Shown here piece after piece: positions 22,603-36,266 of a stretch of 64,000 nucleotides of DNA. Under the pieces are notes generated by a model. It was not told the origin of the DNA and searched no databases. It saw only the letters and a program-made list of their open reading frames with translations. Made by a program: the position numbers and the translations under genes. The DNA lies in assembly GCA_964016885.1 (NCBI GenBank), contig OZ024742.1, forward strand, positions 156,550,001-156,614,000, in the 5' to 3' direction. The DNA comes from Eledone cirrhosa. Its lineage: Eukaryota. Positions within the stretch are counted from its first letter, which is position 1; each line of letters starts with the position of its first letter.

Positions 22603-25248
22603 GAGAGACGATTTAAGAAACAAAATTTTAAACTTTAAACACCAAATTACACCAGTTAAAATAACAACTCACAGCTACAACAGAAAGACTAAAATAGAAG
22701 TCAACACCACATAAACGACAAGTGCTAAATAGATTGTTTGACAGAGATCCTAAATCAGTTTATCGCAGCTTCGTTGGCAAAAGCTCAATCACTGTAAATG
22801 ACACCCCTTTCAAAAGAACAGGTTGTGAGCTACTGGAGATCTGTATGGGAAACGGATGACGGATTCAACAGAAAAACTAAATGCCTAAAAGAACTGGAAC
22901 AGGACCACTGCCAACATGAGCAGACAAAACAATATGACATAGATGGGTCAATACTGGAAACAGCTCTACAGAAAAGGTCGAATGGGAAATCACCAGGCTC
23001 ATACCTCATAACAGGATACTGGTTGAAGAATTTCACTTTCTATCGGCAAGATCTCATACGACTGTTTACAGAAACCATTAACGGCACACAAGAACTCCCA
23101 TATAGTTATCAACTGCCACTACTCTCCTCATTCCAAAAAATAGCCAAACCACCCTTGCTAAAAATTACCGCCCAATAGCCTGCCAAAACATCATGTATAA
23201 ATGATATACTGGTGCCTTAACCTGTTCTTACAGGATCACTGTGCTACCAACAACATTATAACACCTGATCAAGCTGGTGGAAAGAGGGAGGTGTGGGGTT
23301 GCATCGATCAACTACTAACTAATAACATGATTCAAGAAAAAACAACAAAGAATCGCAGTAACAGTATTGTGTTGTGGCTGGACTATCAAAAAGCATTCGA
23401 TAGTGTATCTCATGGGTGGATTGTTAAGGCTTTACAGTTCGCCAAAGTCCCACAACCACTGGTAGCTGCTGTTGAAAGATTGACCAAGAAGTGGTACACC
23501 GATTTGAATTTTAGAGGTGAGAAGGAGCAAGTTAAGACTCATAAGATCCAGAAGGGAATCTTTCATGGTGAGAGCTTGTCAGAGCTACTCTTCGTTCTCC
23601 CACTAAATTAACTATCTTACCTACTCAGGAAACAAGGTGGACAAAGAAGTGGGTCCAGAAGTATCTTCCATCTCTTCTTTGTTGTATGGGCCAAATATCA
23701 ATGACATCAAGAAACAATTGAAGCTCATTACACAATTTTCAACAGACATCATCCAAGTGTGCATATTTGGCAGTAAAACAGGGAAGAGATGTGCTCTCCT
23801 CTAGAAATCTAGAGATGAAAGGCCTGACGATACAAGCTCTACAGTCAGGTGACAACTACAGATATCTTGGACAGGATGAGAATGTCAGATATGATGGACC
23901 CATAAATAAGGAGAGAACCAGAACTGAATACCTCAGAAGAGTAAAGAAAATATGGTCATCAGAACTGTCAGCGTACAACAAATACATTGCCCACAATACT
24001 TATGATGTGCCAATTCTAACGCCAAAATTTGGCCTGCTGAACTGGTCATTGCAATAACTAAGTGAGATGGATCTTAGAACTCGCAAACTTCTCAGTGTTA
24101 CTGGGAACTTTAGCATCAATGGTGATGTGGATAGGCTATACTTCTCACGTAAGAAAGGTTGACGGGGTCTAAAATCCATATTAACATCATATGAGACCCG
24201 GATAGTAACACTGAAGCAACATCTTCAACAGAGGAAAAAGGTTGGCAACCATCTTGCCCAGGTTTATGAGCATGAAGAAAAAAATATCATTAGGATAGTG
24301 ACTGATCTGGAGGAGAGATATGGAATAAAGCCTGACATAAATCTCTCACCCAGAGAAATCGGAAGATCCTATTCAATGTTCAAACAAGATGAAAAAATTG
24401 CCCAATTTACAGAAAAAGTTGTGCATGTATACTTGAGACGTAAAACACAGACCATAGAGAGGATAAACCACTCAAAAAGCCTGGTATGGAGTTCCGACAA
24501 GTTTATGACATCACACCTTGAGGGATATCTCTATGCAATACAGGAACAAGAACTCCCTACCAAATATCTGCTGCACAAAAGAGAAGGGCCATCAGCTGAC
24601 AATAAATGAAGGGTATGTAAAAGAAGATCGAAGATGTAAGTCACATTGTTGCCAGCTGCGAAATAATGCCATGTCGCTACTACCTCCCCATGATGCATGA
24701 TGGGATAGCTAGAACATTCTGGAACGCACTTCGGAAAACAACATTAAAAACAAACGAGGAAGAATATATTGAGACGGATGGCACTAAGTAATACTGTTGG
24801 AACCTGAAAATAAAAACTGCCACCAAATTAAAACATAGCCGGCCTGATATTGGTGTTTGGGACCACACATTGAAAACGTGTTTTGTTGTGGAGATCAGCT
24901 GCCCACTTGATGTAAACTTTGTCAGAAAAAATATAGGAGAAGGAGGACATTTACGGATCATTGATGAGGAGTTTACAAATCCAGTATCCAGGATACATCG
25001 TTAGCTTCATATTGGAGCTACGGGTTATATACCAACCCGCTTGGACCAATGTATAACTGAACTTAGATTTGCGGACAAAGAGAGCAGCTCCCTAATTCAT
25101 AGTGAACAAATGGCTGCGATAGCTGGCACCTTCAACATTTGCAAAGCATTCTTGCGATTCAAGGGATGACAACTTCTTTTCTATTACAACCTTGCCACCA
25201 GGAAGGTGGCCGGTCAACAATATACTCGAAATTAAGAAAAGGAGACAA
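22603..25248 (+). mobile_element. 5'-truncated R4/Dong-like non-LTR retrotransposon (RT + CCHC + restriction-like endonuclease), pseudogenised
   Basis: Fragments KSPGSYLITGYWLK, DQAGGKREVWGCIDQLL, WLDYQKAFDSVSHGWI, KGIFHGESLS, YRYLG, LYAIQEQELPT, EDVSHIVASC, and RPDIGVWD...CFVVEISCPLD (PD..D/ExK nuclease). (TACA)n on both sides. Confidence 0.88.
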
Positions 25249-25862
25249 CATACATACATACATACATACTACGGATATGGAATTACACAGTGTTGTGTTA
25301 GATATATATTTACTGCACACATATGATGTTGATTTATTCTACGTTTGGAATGGTAGAGAAATCATTTAGATTAAAATAAAATATAACATGCCGTTTGGCA
25401 TTTCTCGTATCCTCTAAACAATCATATGAATACAATTCCTACATATGCCCATCACTCATACACATTGACATTCATATGACTGTATTAACCTAGGCTTTAA
25501 CAATAAACATCCTGTTATATCTAACGACATTAATAAAAATGCATACATCTTGAAAATCAAATATACATATGTGCATCAAGTTTATTTTCTTTGCGGAGAA
25601 ATTATAATAAATCGCTTTCACAAATATATATATAGAGAGAATATAGCATATCAAATATACTGCTGAAATGTCATCTACATATTGCATACAATAAGAAACA
25701 GAATTAAATAATAACTTATAATTCTAAGATAAATAGTGCATTTTTTGCTGAAATGTTTTACTGCAATCATTTAAATTGTTTGCAATATTAACATATGTTT
25801 ATATAATCGTTAAACTGCTTCAAGCTTAATATAATTAAGTTTGGTGTATAAATATATATAAA

Positions 25863-25953
<91 letters not shown>

Positions 25954-26044
25954 GGAACGATCGACTTTCGTCAAATCGAACCGAGGGAACAATGTTTCTG
26001 TTGGTCTTTCCAATTGCTAATACTATCTATCAGTCGCAACTCCA

Positions 26045-26100
26045 GGTAGAAGGAGCAACGTGAAATAAAGTGTCTTGCTCAAGGACATAACGCATCGCCT
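26045..26100 (-). mobile_element. SINE fragment (conserved central-domain-like)
   Basis: Minus strand gcgttatgtccttgagcaagacactttatttcacgttgctcc resembles a widespread metazoan SINE core. Confidence 0.45.
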
Positions 26101-26708
26101 ATATATGTGTAGATACGAGGCAATATTTTTTCATCTTTTTTTGTTATTTATTCATATTGAATTTGTAGATAACATATATTTTGGATTTGCAGAATGGATG
26201 AGAGAACCGAACGATTTAACTAGAGGAGAACCCGAGCTCATAAGATTTTCCCAGTAGTCTCACGAGAATTAAATGTACTCTTTAGTAAATATGTGAATGT
26301 AAATATGAACAACACTCATTTAACCATTCAAAAGAAGGGTAGTATTATGGAATTGGTCCCCATTTAGATGATAACATTCTCAAAACATTTATCAATATGT
26401 TAATCTCTTTTTTCCCTTTGTACACTTGAACGCAGAAATTAGTATTGCATCACTTTCTTTAGAGTGACACTTAAATATACGCAAATATATATGTAATTAT
26501 ATGGCAAAATAAGGCAACTCAATCTATATTCACAACACGTAGTCACTAGGACCAATTGCCTTTCCCAGCAAAATAAGGTATCATCGGTCATTGTTGTTAC
26601 TAAAATCAATTCCAACTGATACAGCAACATATCTACAACGTCAATCCCTGAATTACCTGATTCCTGAACAAGTTGAAGCCAAATCACAGACAATGACACC
26701 ACTAAGGA

Positions 26709-26830
26709 ATTCAGATGATTTGATGATCATGTATAACTGATCATGTATAACTGATCATTCAGATGATTTGATGATCATGTATAACTGATCATGTATAACT
26801 GATCATGTATGATGATCATATATAACTGAC
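26709..26830. repeat. Minisatellite of tgatcatgtataac (14 bp) with higher-order duplication
   Basis: Direct reading. Confidence 0.85.
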
Positions 26831-27164
26831 CAATAGATAGTGGCCTTCAAATACCTCTTTTGCTGATGCTATGAGGCTTCTTATTCTATGTTATATGTCA
26901 CCGGTACTTAGACAGAGCAACACCAAATATCATCCGTGAGCATACGAATGGATCGAAACAATAGGAGTAAGCCTTATTTCTTCTTTTTTTTTTCTTTTCA
27001 CCTACTAGCTGTCTGATGAGGTCATTCAGAACTGTTGCATGTATGAATAAACGAAGTGAATTATAACCAGTACTCCGGAGTAAACATAACCGTCTGTGTA
27101 CTTCATCGAGAGCACTAACCTAACCTGCATACTAAATTGTCAGTGATGAACTAACACATATTAG

Positions 27165-27204
<40 letters not shown>

Positions 27205-27275
27205 CTGTATATATTTATGAATATATATAGACACACACACATCCACAGACACAAACACTCACACACACATATATG

Positions 27276-27336
<61 letters not shown>

Positions 27337-29689
27337 ATAATGCAACTGGTGTTTTTAAGAATATTTATTTATTTACTTTAGCGTTTTCACAGTTCGCATC
27401 TGATGCGAGACAAACTACAACAGAAACGCAAAATCCCCATCTCACTTCAGTAAAGTAAATAAATCTTCTTAACAGACTCCAGTTGCATTTTCAATTTCGT
27501 TTACCTATACTTTCACACGGATGGGACATATTTCTTTGTTTAAATAAAACTAATTTTCAAGAAGTTTTAAAGTTCAATGTATTTTTCTTCCAATCATTAA
27601 TTGATAAGTTTCGGCCAGTATTGGCCCAGGCCATGTGTAACTTAATAGCACCACCTGTAATAATTCATAGGGCACAGTCTTGATATAGGGAATGAAAATA
27701 TATTCACACATCATTACTATTTCACCTCATAATAAAATGTGGGATTTATTTATTCTACACGCATTTGTCAAAATGCAAGAATATAAACGTCGATTAAATA
27801 ATCAGAAATCCAAGTGTATATACTGCATATATAGAATAAAGCGATCCTGGAAGTGAAAATAAGATGGAATACTTTAAATCATAATATGATGATTAAATAT
27901 GTGTTTCACAATAAAACGTTTCGGAGTTCGATCCAACTGCCGGGCAACTTGTAAGGTAGAAGTGCTAAAATGAAAGTCATATTAGTATTAACTAACAAAA
28001 TTGATAGGAATGATTAAAAATGACATTCTGATTATGGTGAAAACGAAATGAATTAATCATATTAGCATATCAAATTAGCATATCGTGATTTTCATAGTGG
28101 ATCATAAATACAATATTGACATATTTGCATGCAACAGTATAATTTAATCCTTGTATTACGTAATACTTCATCTCGCATGAAATGTATTCTATCCCAGAAA
28201 AGAAATGACATCAAATAAGAATGGTCATAACATAAAGTAAGTTGGATTGTATGTAAATGCTTTTGTTTCAATAATATAAAGAGAATGGTATAGAGAAAAC
28301 TCAATTACGGCGATGTTGGTTCGTTGAACGGAATTCATTCTACATGAAATTAATTTGTATATGCCTGTGAATTCCACAATCCTGTGTATTCTTAATGCAA
28401 ATTTCGGTGAGATGATGAGTGAGACACTACGAGATAAAGGCATCTCTTGGAATTACAAGTATACTACAAAAAAAGATCTTCCATATGGATTTCGTTATCA
28501 GAAGGCATGGTAAATATCACATGCCTCACGTAGCCAAACAATGCCATCGAACCTTGAGTCTAATGATTAAGAAGCGAATGTCTTAAATACTTGTGTAAGC
28601 TTCGACCAAGCTTTTCTTGAATAATAGGAAATGAATACATCATTCGTATTACCTGTGCACAAGAAACCTATGAATAGTTTACATTTCATATGGTAATTTA
28701 TGGATCTATAGCTAAAGCACTGAACTGATGTTTATAAACTCATGCAGTTGAAGAAAAACTCAACTACATACATGAAATAATATTAACTGTAAAACATAAC
28801 AACTTCAAACACAAGATAATTGACATTTATGGCAGTTTGTGAAATATAATAAAATCATGCCGTCATTGCAATTTAAGATTTTAAATAGTTTCGTAGTGTC
28901 TGTGATTATATTTTCTTTTACGTTTATAGTTTGATATATTTTTTTTAAAATTGTTTTCCAATGAAGGATTGTTTTTTACTTTATTTCCAAATTATTTTCA
29001 GTGATTTTCAATCCGCCGACGAGATATTAAACGTTTGCAACGGACTTGAGAATCGTGCCATCATTTGCCTTTATAATTGTTTTCTTCTGGTTTGAAAAAC
29101 ATCATTTCTTTTTTCATAACATTTATGTGTAGTCCCAATTAGACCCTTCTTTCTTCAGGAACTTCAGCTTTTATTGTGCCTGCTTAACTTCATTGGCTAT
29201 AACGTCCGAGAAATGTGTGAAGGTTATGATATTCCCTTCTTCCAATTGCCTTTCGCATTGCATAGTCAAGAACAGTTGCAAAATGATTGGGTGCAAGATC
29301 CTTATAGCACATCTACTAATATCATAAAATACTGTGCCTCGCCCTCTGAAATTAACAGTTTCACATTTATGTTCTCGTATATTAGCACAATTACTTTGGC
29401 ATATTCTTATGGCAAGTCATATGCTTTTAAAATCTGGAACATTCTTCTATAACGGATATCACCAAAGGCTTTTTTGAAATCAATGAATATCTACACAAGC
29501 TTTAAATAGTGTCATTTCACGGCTTTAATCACTCATCTTAAAGTAAAAAAATATGAGGGGTAATTGAGCATCTATCTGGAAATACATTCCGATTATGTCT
29601 TAAATGTATATATCGTGGGTCTTATTCTATTCAAAAGCATCTTAAAACCGAACCAGACTTGCTAGGGACAGTAATCACTGGTCATGGAT

Positions 29690-29937
29690 GTTCGAGTAAG
29701 ACCCGGAGGGGACCCGTTTTGAAGACGTGGACGTCATGGAAAAGGCCGTGACGACGGAACTGCGGAGGATCCCGGAAGAATCCTTCTAGGAGTGTATGCA
29801 AGCGTGGCAGAAAAGGATGGAAAAGTGCATCAGACTCCAGTGCGATTATTTGAATGAGAAAACTCTTAGTGTGAAGTTTGGGTTTGAAATAAATCTTTTG
29901 TAACATCAGTCCTGGAACTTTTCTGACCCACCTCGTA
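29690..29937 (+). mobile_element. Mariner transposon 3' end with right TIR and TA
   Basis: GTRFEDVDVMEKAVTTELRRIPEESF*ECMQAWQKRMEKCIRLQCDY is a mariner transposase C-terminus. TIR agtcctggaacttttctgacccacctcg followed by ta. Confidence 0.8.
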
Positions 29938-30947
29938 ACGTTATCGTACACTCTGGCTGTCAGTGCATTTCTTATTATATATCTTAATTAACTACCCATA
30001 TGACAGCTAATTTTATGAAAATTGTTACATCTATTTCTGAACGAGTGAATGATTGTATAACACTATCAATTACGCATTTGCTTACGGTTGTTTATATAAT
30101 ATACATATAATGAGGATCCCACTGAGTCTGACATTTGATTATGTTTTAAACTTACAGAAAAATTCGTATTTTCTGTCATGTTTATATGCTTATATATTGA
30201 ACAGGTTTATATTTATGTAGGCATTGGTGCAGTCTCAGACAAACAATCTGTTTAATTACAGATATAACTGTATCGAACACTTCCGCTGCTAACGCACTTC
30301 TTACTATATATACATAACAAAATATATCATAGTATACTATTCAGCAATTTTGCATATACAACTGAAATGTAGATAGTCAATTCGAAAACCATAGTTTCAA
30401 ATCCGGTTGTAGATTTTGTGTTCATATTATAATACAATATTTTAATGATATTGATTTTTTAAAGATTTTCATTCCCATTTAAACTAACAAAATTATTTAC
30501 TTCTATAAAATGATCAATATTTCTTTTATCAAATTATGTTTTATGATTTTTTTCTTCTCTGAAAATGTGCAAACAGGATTCTCTTTGAAATAGATAATTC
30601 TTTTGTAATGTAAGTAAATAAATATATAAATATACGTATTCCTCTTTAATCTTCGAATGAAATAAAAATGATGATGAAAGTGAGTTTGTTACAGACGTAA
30701 ATTGGTAAGAAAATTTCCTAAACTTAAAAAAATAGCAATTCAAAAGAAATAGGTATTTATTCGATCGTATCAATGATAAATATTTCTTGGAAAACAACCT
30801 AGCATTTCAAAAGAGAAGTAGGAAAATATAAACACCAATTCTTTCTTTAGCCTTTTAGCATATATAACAGATTATTCTGAATAGATATCAGGTGTGTGTG
30901 TCTATCTATTTGTGTGCTTTCTCTCGATAAGTGAATATAAATATATA

Positions 30948-31022
<75 letters not shown>

Positions 31023-31476
31023 TTATATATATAAGATTATGTTGGAACCTCTATGGGTGAACGCTTATATTTACATTTGTCCGCGTATATATATATATAT
31101 ATATGTGTGTGAGTGTGTGTGTGTGAGAGTGTGTGTAACGAATGTGAGTATGTGTTAGTTAATTAACGTGTATTTATGAACACACTTGGATGTACACTGG
31201 AATATACAAAAGCGGATGGGAATATATATATTTCTCGTTTTCATGATTTTAACAATTCCTAAATATTTCACTTAAACATACCACGTAAATATATGGAAAT
31301 AACCTAACATAATGAACTAGACTTTCAATCATTCAGCATTGCAACGTGCTTAAAATAGTTTCAATTTCGAATAAGTTTATTCTAGCCAAAAAAAAAACCA
31401 CTTACTAACTTTCATATATTAATTTGAATTCTAGTAATATAACTATATCTCTCTCTCTCTCTCGCTGCCGCTCTCG

Positions 31477-31539
<63 letters not shown>

Positions 31540-31829
31540 AACAAATAACGAAACGAAATTAAATTTCGTTTCGTTTGTAACTCACTTTTGTATGACTGAC
31601 GCTTAAACAATTAAGTTAAAAATGTATATCCACATATGTATACTGAAATACTAGTATGCATATGAATACACACACGTATACATATGTAGATGTACCAAGT
31701 TTTTCACTGGTCACTTTACTTTGAGTGTCCAGCTATTCTATATGTAAACACACAGACAAACCGGTTTTTAGAGTCATACTGGTTTTTGAGGAAACACCTT
31801 TCCTCTATTCTCCAGAAAGCCAGACAAGG

Positions 31830-31874
31830 AATATTGAACTAGTTTCGTTGTTGTTACAACTCATCAGCAATATT
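31830..31874 (-). ncRNA. Type I HHR, family A
   Basis: aatattg-CTGATGA-gttg-taacaa-caac-GAAA-ctag-TT-caatatt. Confidence 0.85.
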
Positions 31875-32295
31875 TACCTTCCTTCCGACCTTTCTGGAGA
31901 ATCGTAAAAGCACATATCGTTATATGATTTTTCTATGAAAATTAGTAGTGAGCAGACTAATTTGCATAGAGCGTGAGTGCGTACCGGTTCAACGGAGACG
32001 ATAAAAACAAATAACGAAACGAAATTAAATTTCGTTTCGTTTGTAACTCACTTTTGTATGACTAACGCTTAAACATTTAAGTTAAAAATGTACATCCAGA
32101 TATGTATACTGAAATACTAGTATGCATATGAATACACACACGTATACATATGTAGATGTACCAAGTTTTTCACTGGTCACTTTACTGTGAGTGTCCAGCT
32201 ATTCTGTATGTAAACACACAGACAAACCGGTTTTTAGAGTCATACTGGTTTTTGAGGAAACACCTTTCCTCTATTCTACAGAAAGCCAGACAAGG

Positions 32296-32340
32296 AATAT
32301 TGAACTAGTTTCGTTGTTGTTACAACTCATCAGCAATATT
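32296..32340 (-). ncRNA. Type I HHR, family A
   Basis: Identical motif 466 bp from the previous copy. Confidence 0.85.
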
Positions 32341-32699
32341 TACCTTTCTTCCGACCTTTCTGGAGAATCGTAAAAGCACATATCGTTATATGCTTTTTCT
32401 ATGAAAATTAGTAGTGGGCAGACTAATTTGCATAGAGCGTGAGTGCGTACCGGTTCAACGGAGACGATAAAAACAAATAACGAAACGAAATTAAACTTCG
32501 TTTCGTTTGTAACTCACTTTTGTATGACTGACGCTTAAACAATTAAGTTAAAAATGTACATCCAGATATGTATACTGAAATACTAGTATGCATAGTAAAG
32601 TGACCAGTGAACAACTTGGTACATCTACATATGTATACGTGTGTGTATTCATATGCATACTAGTATTTCAGTATACATATGTGGATGTACATTTTTAAC

Positions 32700-32744
<45 letters not shown>

Positions 32745-32746
<2 letters not shown>

Positions 32747-33640
32747 ATCGCTACCCCTTGACGAAATACTGTGTTGACCCTGGCCGCGTCCATTCCATCC
32801 AGACAATTCTAGATGTTATGCTTGGTTTCTGTTTACTGCACTATCATTGCACCACAATACACAATTTCGGCTAAATTGTTTACACCCGCACATAATCCCG
32901 AACTTACCACAAATAACTGTGTGCGCTTTAAATCTCGGACTGACGCCTCGGGAGTGAACGTCCCGTTAATTCATTGAGCGAGTGGGAATGTTCAACATAC
33001 TAGTACAAACTCAGTTTGTCTAGTTATATTAATTTTCATTCGTTACGAATATACATCTGATCTAAGTTGAATGTTTCTGTATTTCTTATATATTCTATAT
33101 ATTCATGTATATTTAATGTATTCGTAATATTAATTCAACGCATCACGTATCTCTGTCTGTTATTTTCTGTATATTCGAACTGGAGAGTTTTATGGCGCTA
33201 CTTTCAAATTGTTTGAAATTTAATCGCCTAACTATGTAAATGGTTCTATATATTGGGCCTACCTCTTCTTCAGCCTTTGTAAACCCCGTGACGACAGTGA
33301 CTGGCAAGAACTGCCACTGTGCCACTAGCAGACACTTGCGATAGTACGAGAAAAACTGCTAACAGTTGATGAAATTCTGTGTTGGCCCTGGTCGTGTCCG
33401 CGTGGCTTCTGTGTATTGGGTGCAATTATTGCACCGCAGTACACGGCACACTGAGTAGAAACCAACGATTTCTTTTGGTCCGGACTAAAATGTTTACACC
33501 TGCATATATCCCCGAACTTAACAGTAATAATTAAATGTGTGAACTCTGAAATCACGGACAGGCGCTTTGGAAGTGCAATGCCCGTGAATTCCTTGAGCGA
33601 GTGGGAAAGTTCAAACTCTCATTTTCTAGTTCGATACACC
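32745..33640. repeat. (TA)n-flanked element with diverged direct repeats (~32758-33000 and ~33368-33620)
   Basis: ttga.gaaat.ctgtgttg.ccctgg.cg.gtcc ... aattc.ttgagcgagtgggaa.gttcaa occurs twice. Confidence 0.6.
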
Positions 33641-34756
33641 TATATATATATATATATATGAGAGATATTTAATTTGTTGGAAATCCAAGAAAAATAGATG
33701 TTTTCAACTGATTCAAAGCATTCGACAGATTTCTGGAGTAAGTATTCAATTGATATTAAATAAATGGAAACTTAATAGTAATAATACTATTTCTAGCAAT
33801 ATCCACTATAATAGTACCGTTCGGAGTAACAACAACTCCGTAAAATGTAACTGTAGAATTAAATCAAACTGCCTTTTACAAAATAAGTGTTTAGATAAAA
33901 ACATAGTTTATAAATGTACAGTTAAAACTAGTGATAATATATTCAACTATGTCGGTGCCATTTCTACCGAATTTAAATTTCGCTGGTATAACCACAATTG
34001 TTCTTTTAGAAGATCTGACTAAACATTTTCTACTACCCTCTCACATGTTATATAGAATTTAAAAAGCAGGAATATAGACTATTCATTATCTTGGAAAACG
34101 ATTTCGAAAGAACCTGCTTACCGAAACACGGCCTTTTCCAGATTTGTAAATTATGTATTGAAGACATTTTTTATATAATTAATCGTAAAAACTCGACCAA
34201 TCTTAGAACAGAATTATTTAGTTGTTGCAAACATCGCCAAAATTCTACATTCTGAAGTATATGTAAATTATAATATACTTATAATATTCCTAGTAATCTC
34301 CAAAATGATCTTATCTGTTCTAACATTATATATTTTAATAGTTTAATATATTAATATCTCTAAATCATAATATCTTTAACATTTCTTATACTATATGTGT
34401 ATGTATATTATATATATATATATATATGTACTTCTACATTATGTACTTCTATATAATTCTAATTTTAATTTTAATTCTTTTAATTCTTTTAAATTCTTTT
34501 TTTTTCTTCTTAATTTGTTATTCTTCTAATGACACCCTTTAAAGCTTTATTTTTCAAATGACACGCTCTAAAGCTAATTGTTTTAAAATGTTGATTAATA
34601 ACCATTAACTGTTTTTAGTAAAATATATCCTATTCAGAATGGTGTCATATTTCTTTAAAATATATAATGTATCCCACACTAGCGATTAATAAAAACAATT
34701 GGAGTTATCTTTCCTTCTTTCAATCATAAAAAACGTTTTATACATAACTCCGTTAA

Positions 34757-34865
34757 TTTAACATTATAAATTGTAACTACCTATTTAACATTATAAATTG
34801 TAACTACCTATTTAACATTATAAATTGTAACTACCTATTTAACATTATAAATTGTAACTAACTAT
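34757..34865. repeat. 27-bp minisatellite, 4 copies
   Basis: tttaacattataaattgtaactaccta repeated. Confidence 0.9.
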
Positions 34866-35620
34866 TTATATACATAAAATCATCATCTCTAGAAACCTAT
34901 ATTAGGAACAAACACGTATTTATTTCGCTTATTTATAAATCAACATCCCTCGTAACTCATGTTAAACTATCCTTTAAAAAAAACACGTACGCTATTATTA
35001 AAATACATATATAGATATTTATATATTATTATAATAAGATAAATAATTCTCCATATAAATATAGATATATGTCTGAATATATTCTCCCTAAATTAACGTT
35101 CAAGTGGTCTTCCTTTTCCTTTTTCTTTAACAATTTTAGTTTGATAATTTATATAGCTTCGTTAAATTAACAATATTCTGAAAACATTCTCAATGTTGAA
35201 CATTTTTGAATCCACATATTATTCTAATCAATGCATACGCAAATTATTAATATACATAGAGATATTTATATACATATAACTTATCCTAATGTAATAAGAT
35301 AAAAATACTTACAACCATAATTCTTCATATAATTTTATAACTCATAATATAGGTAACAAAAATCCTTTCCCCCATATTAACGTTATTCTTTTCTCTTTTC
35401 TCATTCTCTTCTTTCCTTATCACAAATATTTAAATTTTCCATAGTGTCTAAAATAACGTCTTTTTCAGCCCTTTAATATACACATCATTTGCATAAACAT
35501 ATTAACAATTTTAAATATCTGACATTTTCTCCTCTCTTCCCTTCACTTTCCAGGGATAACTTGAAACGTTAAGGTATATCATCCTTGGTCATGTCAAACA
35601 TTTATAAAACATTTTGTATT

Positions 35621-35680
35621 TTATCTGATGATAGCGTACCAAAATTGTTGGTACCCTTGAAATATATATAATAGAATAAA
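35621..35680 (+). ncRNA. Decayed type I HHR at the 3' end of the Penelope fragment
   Basis: tttat-CTGATGA-tagcgtacca-aaattgt-tggtaccctt-GAAA-tatatataa-TA-gaataaa. Confidence 0.5.
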
Positions 35681-35719
35681 TATGGTTTTATAAATATAGT
35701 TTTCATTTATTTAATATCA

Positions 35720-35770
<51 letters not shown>

Positions 35771-35871
35771 GTAAAACACTGGTCGATAATATCCGCAGTA
35801 GTAGACCACTTAGTCCATGGGACGAGTTTGGTAGTTCCACAACAGTTCCACAACAGTTAATATACCATTTC

Positions 35872-35911
35872 TGAGAACAATTTGTTTCACATCAAACGGG
35901 TCATCAGCTCG
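35872..35911 (-). ncRNA. Minimal type I HHR; upstream flank inverted at 35902-35999
   Basis: Minus strand gag-CTGATGA-cccgtttgatgt-GAAA-caaattg-TT-ctc with weak stem II. tcatcagctc..aatgagataacacg is mirrored by cgtgttatctcatt..gagctgatga. Confidence 0.5.
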
Positions 35912-36208
35912 GTTTAAATGAGATAACACGGAAAAGGAAAAGTTAGACGATGGCCCATCGTTTTTTTATCGTGTTATCTCATTCAAACAGAGCTGATGAT
36001 AAATTATATATATATTCATTTAGGGTGGTTGGTTCACGACTGGATAGAACTGGTCATTCCGTATAGACAACTTTGATGTAATCTGAGGGAGAGCACTGGA
36101 CGTAATGCAAGTCACCCGACTTCGTTTGTGTTGTTGGTGGTGCGAGTACGGAGTTATTTATTATAAAATAACAGGTGGCTGGACTGGTGTAGTTCCGTAA
36201 ATTTTATT

Positions 36209-36266
36209 ATACTATGAATATTTCAATGACCGGGTTCAGTATGAATCCGGTGACATCATCAGGTAT
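36209..36266 (-). ncRNA. Type I HHR with extended stem II, AUA triplet
   Basis: atac-CTGATGA-tgtcaccggattcatactgaacccggtcatt-GAAA-tattca-TA-gtat. Confidence 0.65.

Larger units (their letters stand above)
31539..32705 (-). mobile_element. Array A: retrozyme-like tandem (466-bp unit, ~2.3 copies) plus inverted terminal segment 32594-32705, in (TA)n
   Basis: Period 466 (31725 vs 32191). One HHR per unit. Internal perfect hairpin aacgaaacgaaatt-a-aatttcgtttcgtt. Confidence 0.85.
33660..35725 (+). mobile_element. 5'-truncated Penelope-like element: GIY-YIG pseudogene (33750-34255), long AT-rich 3' region, decayed terminal HHR
   Basis: KCNCRIKSNCLLQNKCLDKNIVYKCTV...NYVGAISTEFKFRWYNHNCSF, then YSLSWKTI and CKLCIED...RTELFSCCKH with stops and a frameshift. 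(TA)n on both sides. Confidence 0.85.

Noticed and set aside
27003-27073. CTGATGAggtcattca...tgaataaacGAAG as an HHR (and a similar trace near 26860-26970)
   Set aside because: GAAA, stem I and stem III are too degenerate to call, though it may be a very old copy.
31725-32373. Duplicated 60-aa ORFs (also the 82/86-aa pair at 37342 and 38515) as small genes
   Set aside because: Non-ATG starts, no recognisable domain, and antisense to the ribozymes. The duplication is explained by the repeat structure.
32745-33640. Direct repeats as LTRs, or ttgacga/ttgatga as HHR cores
   Set aside because: No TG..CA ends, primer-binding site or coding interior, and no GAAA/stem III in register.
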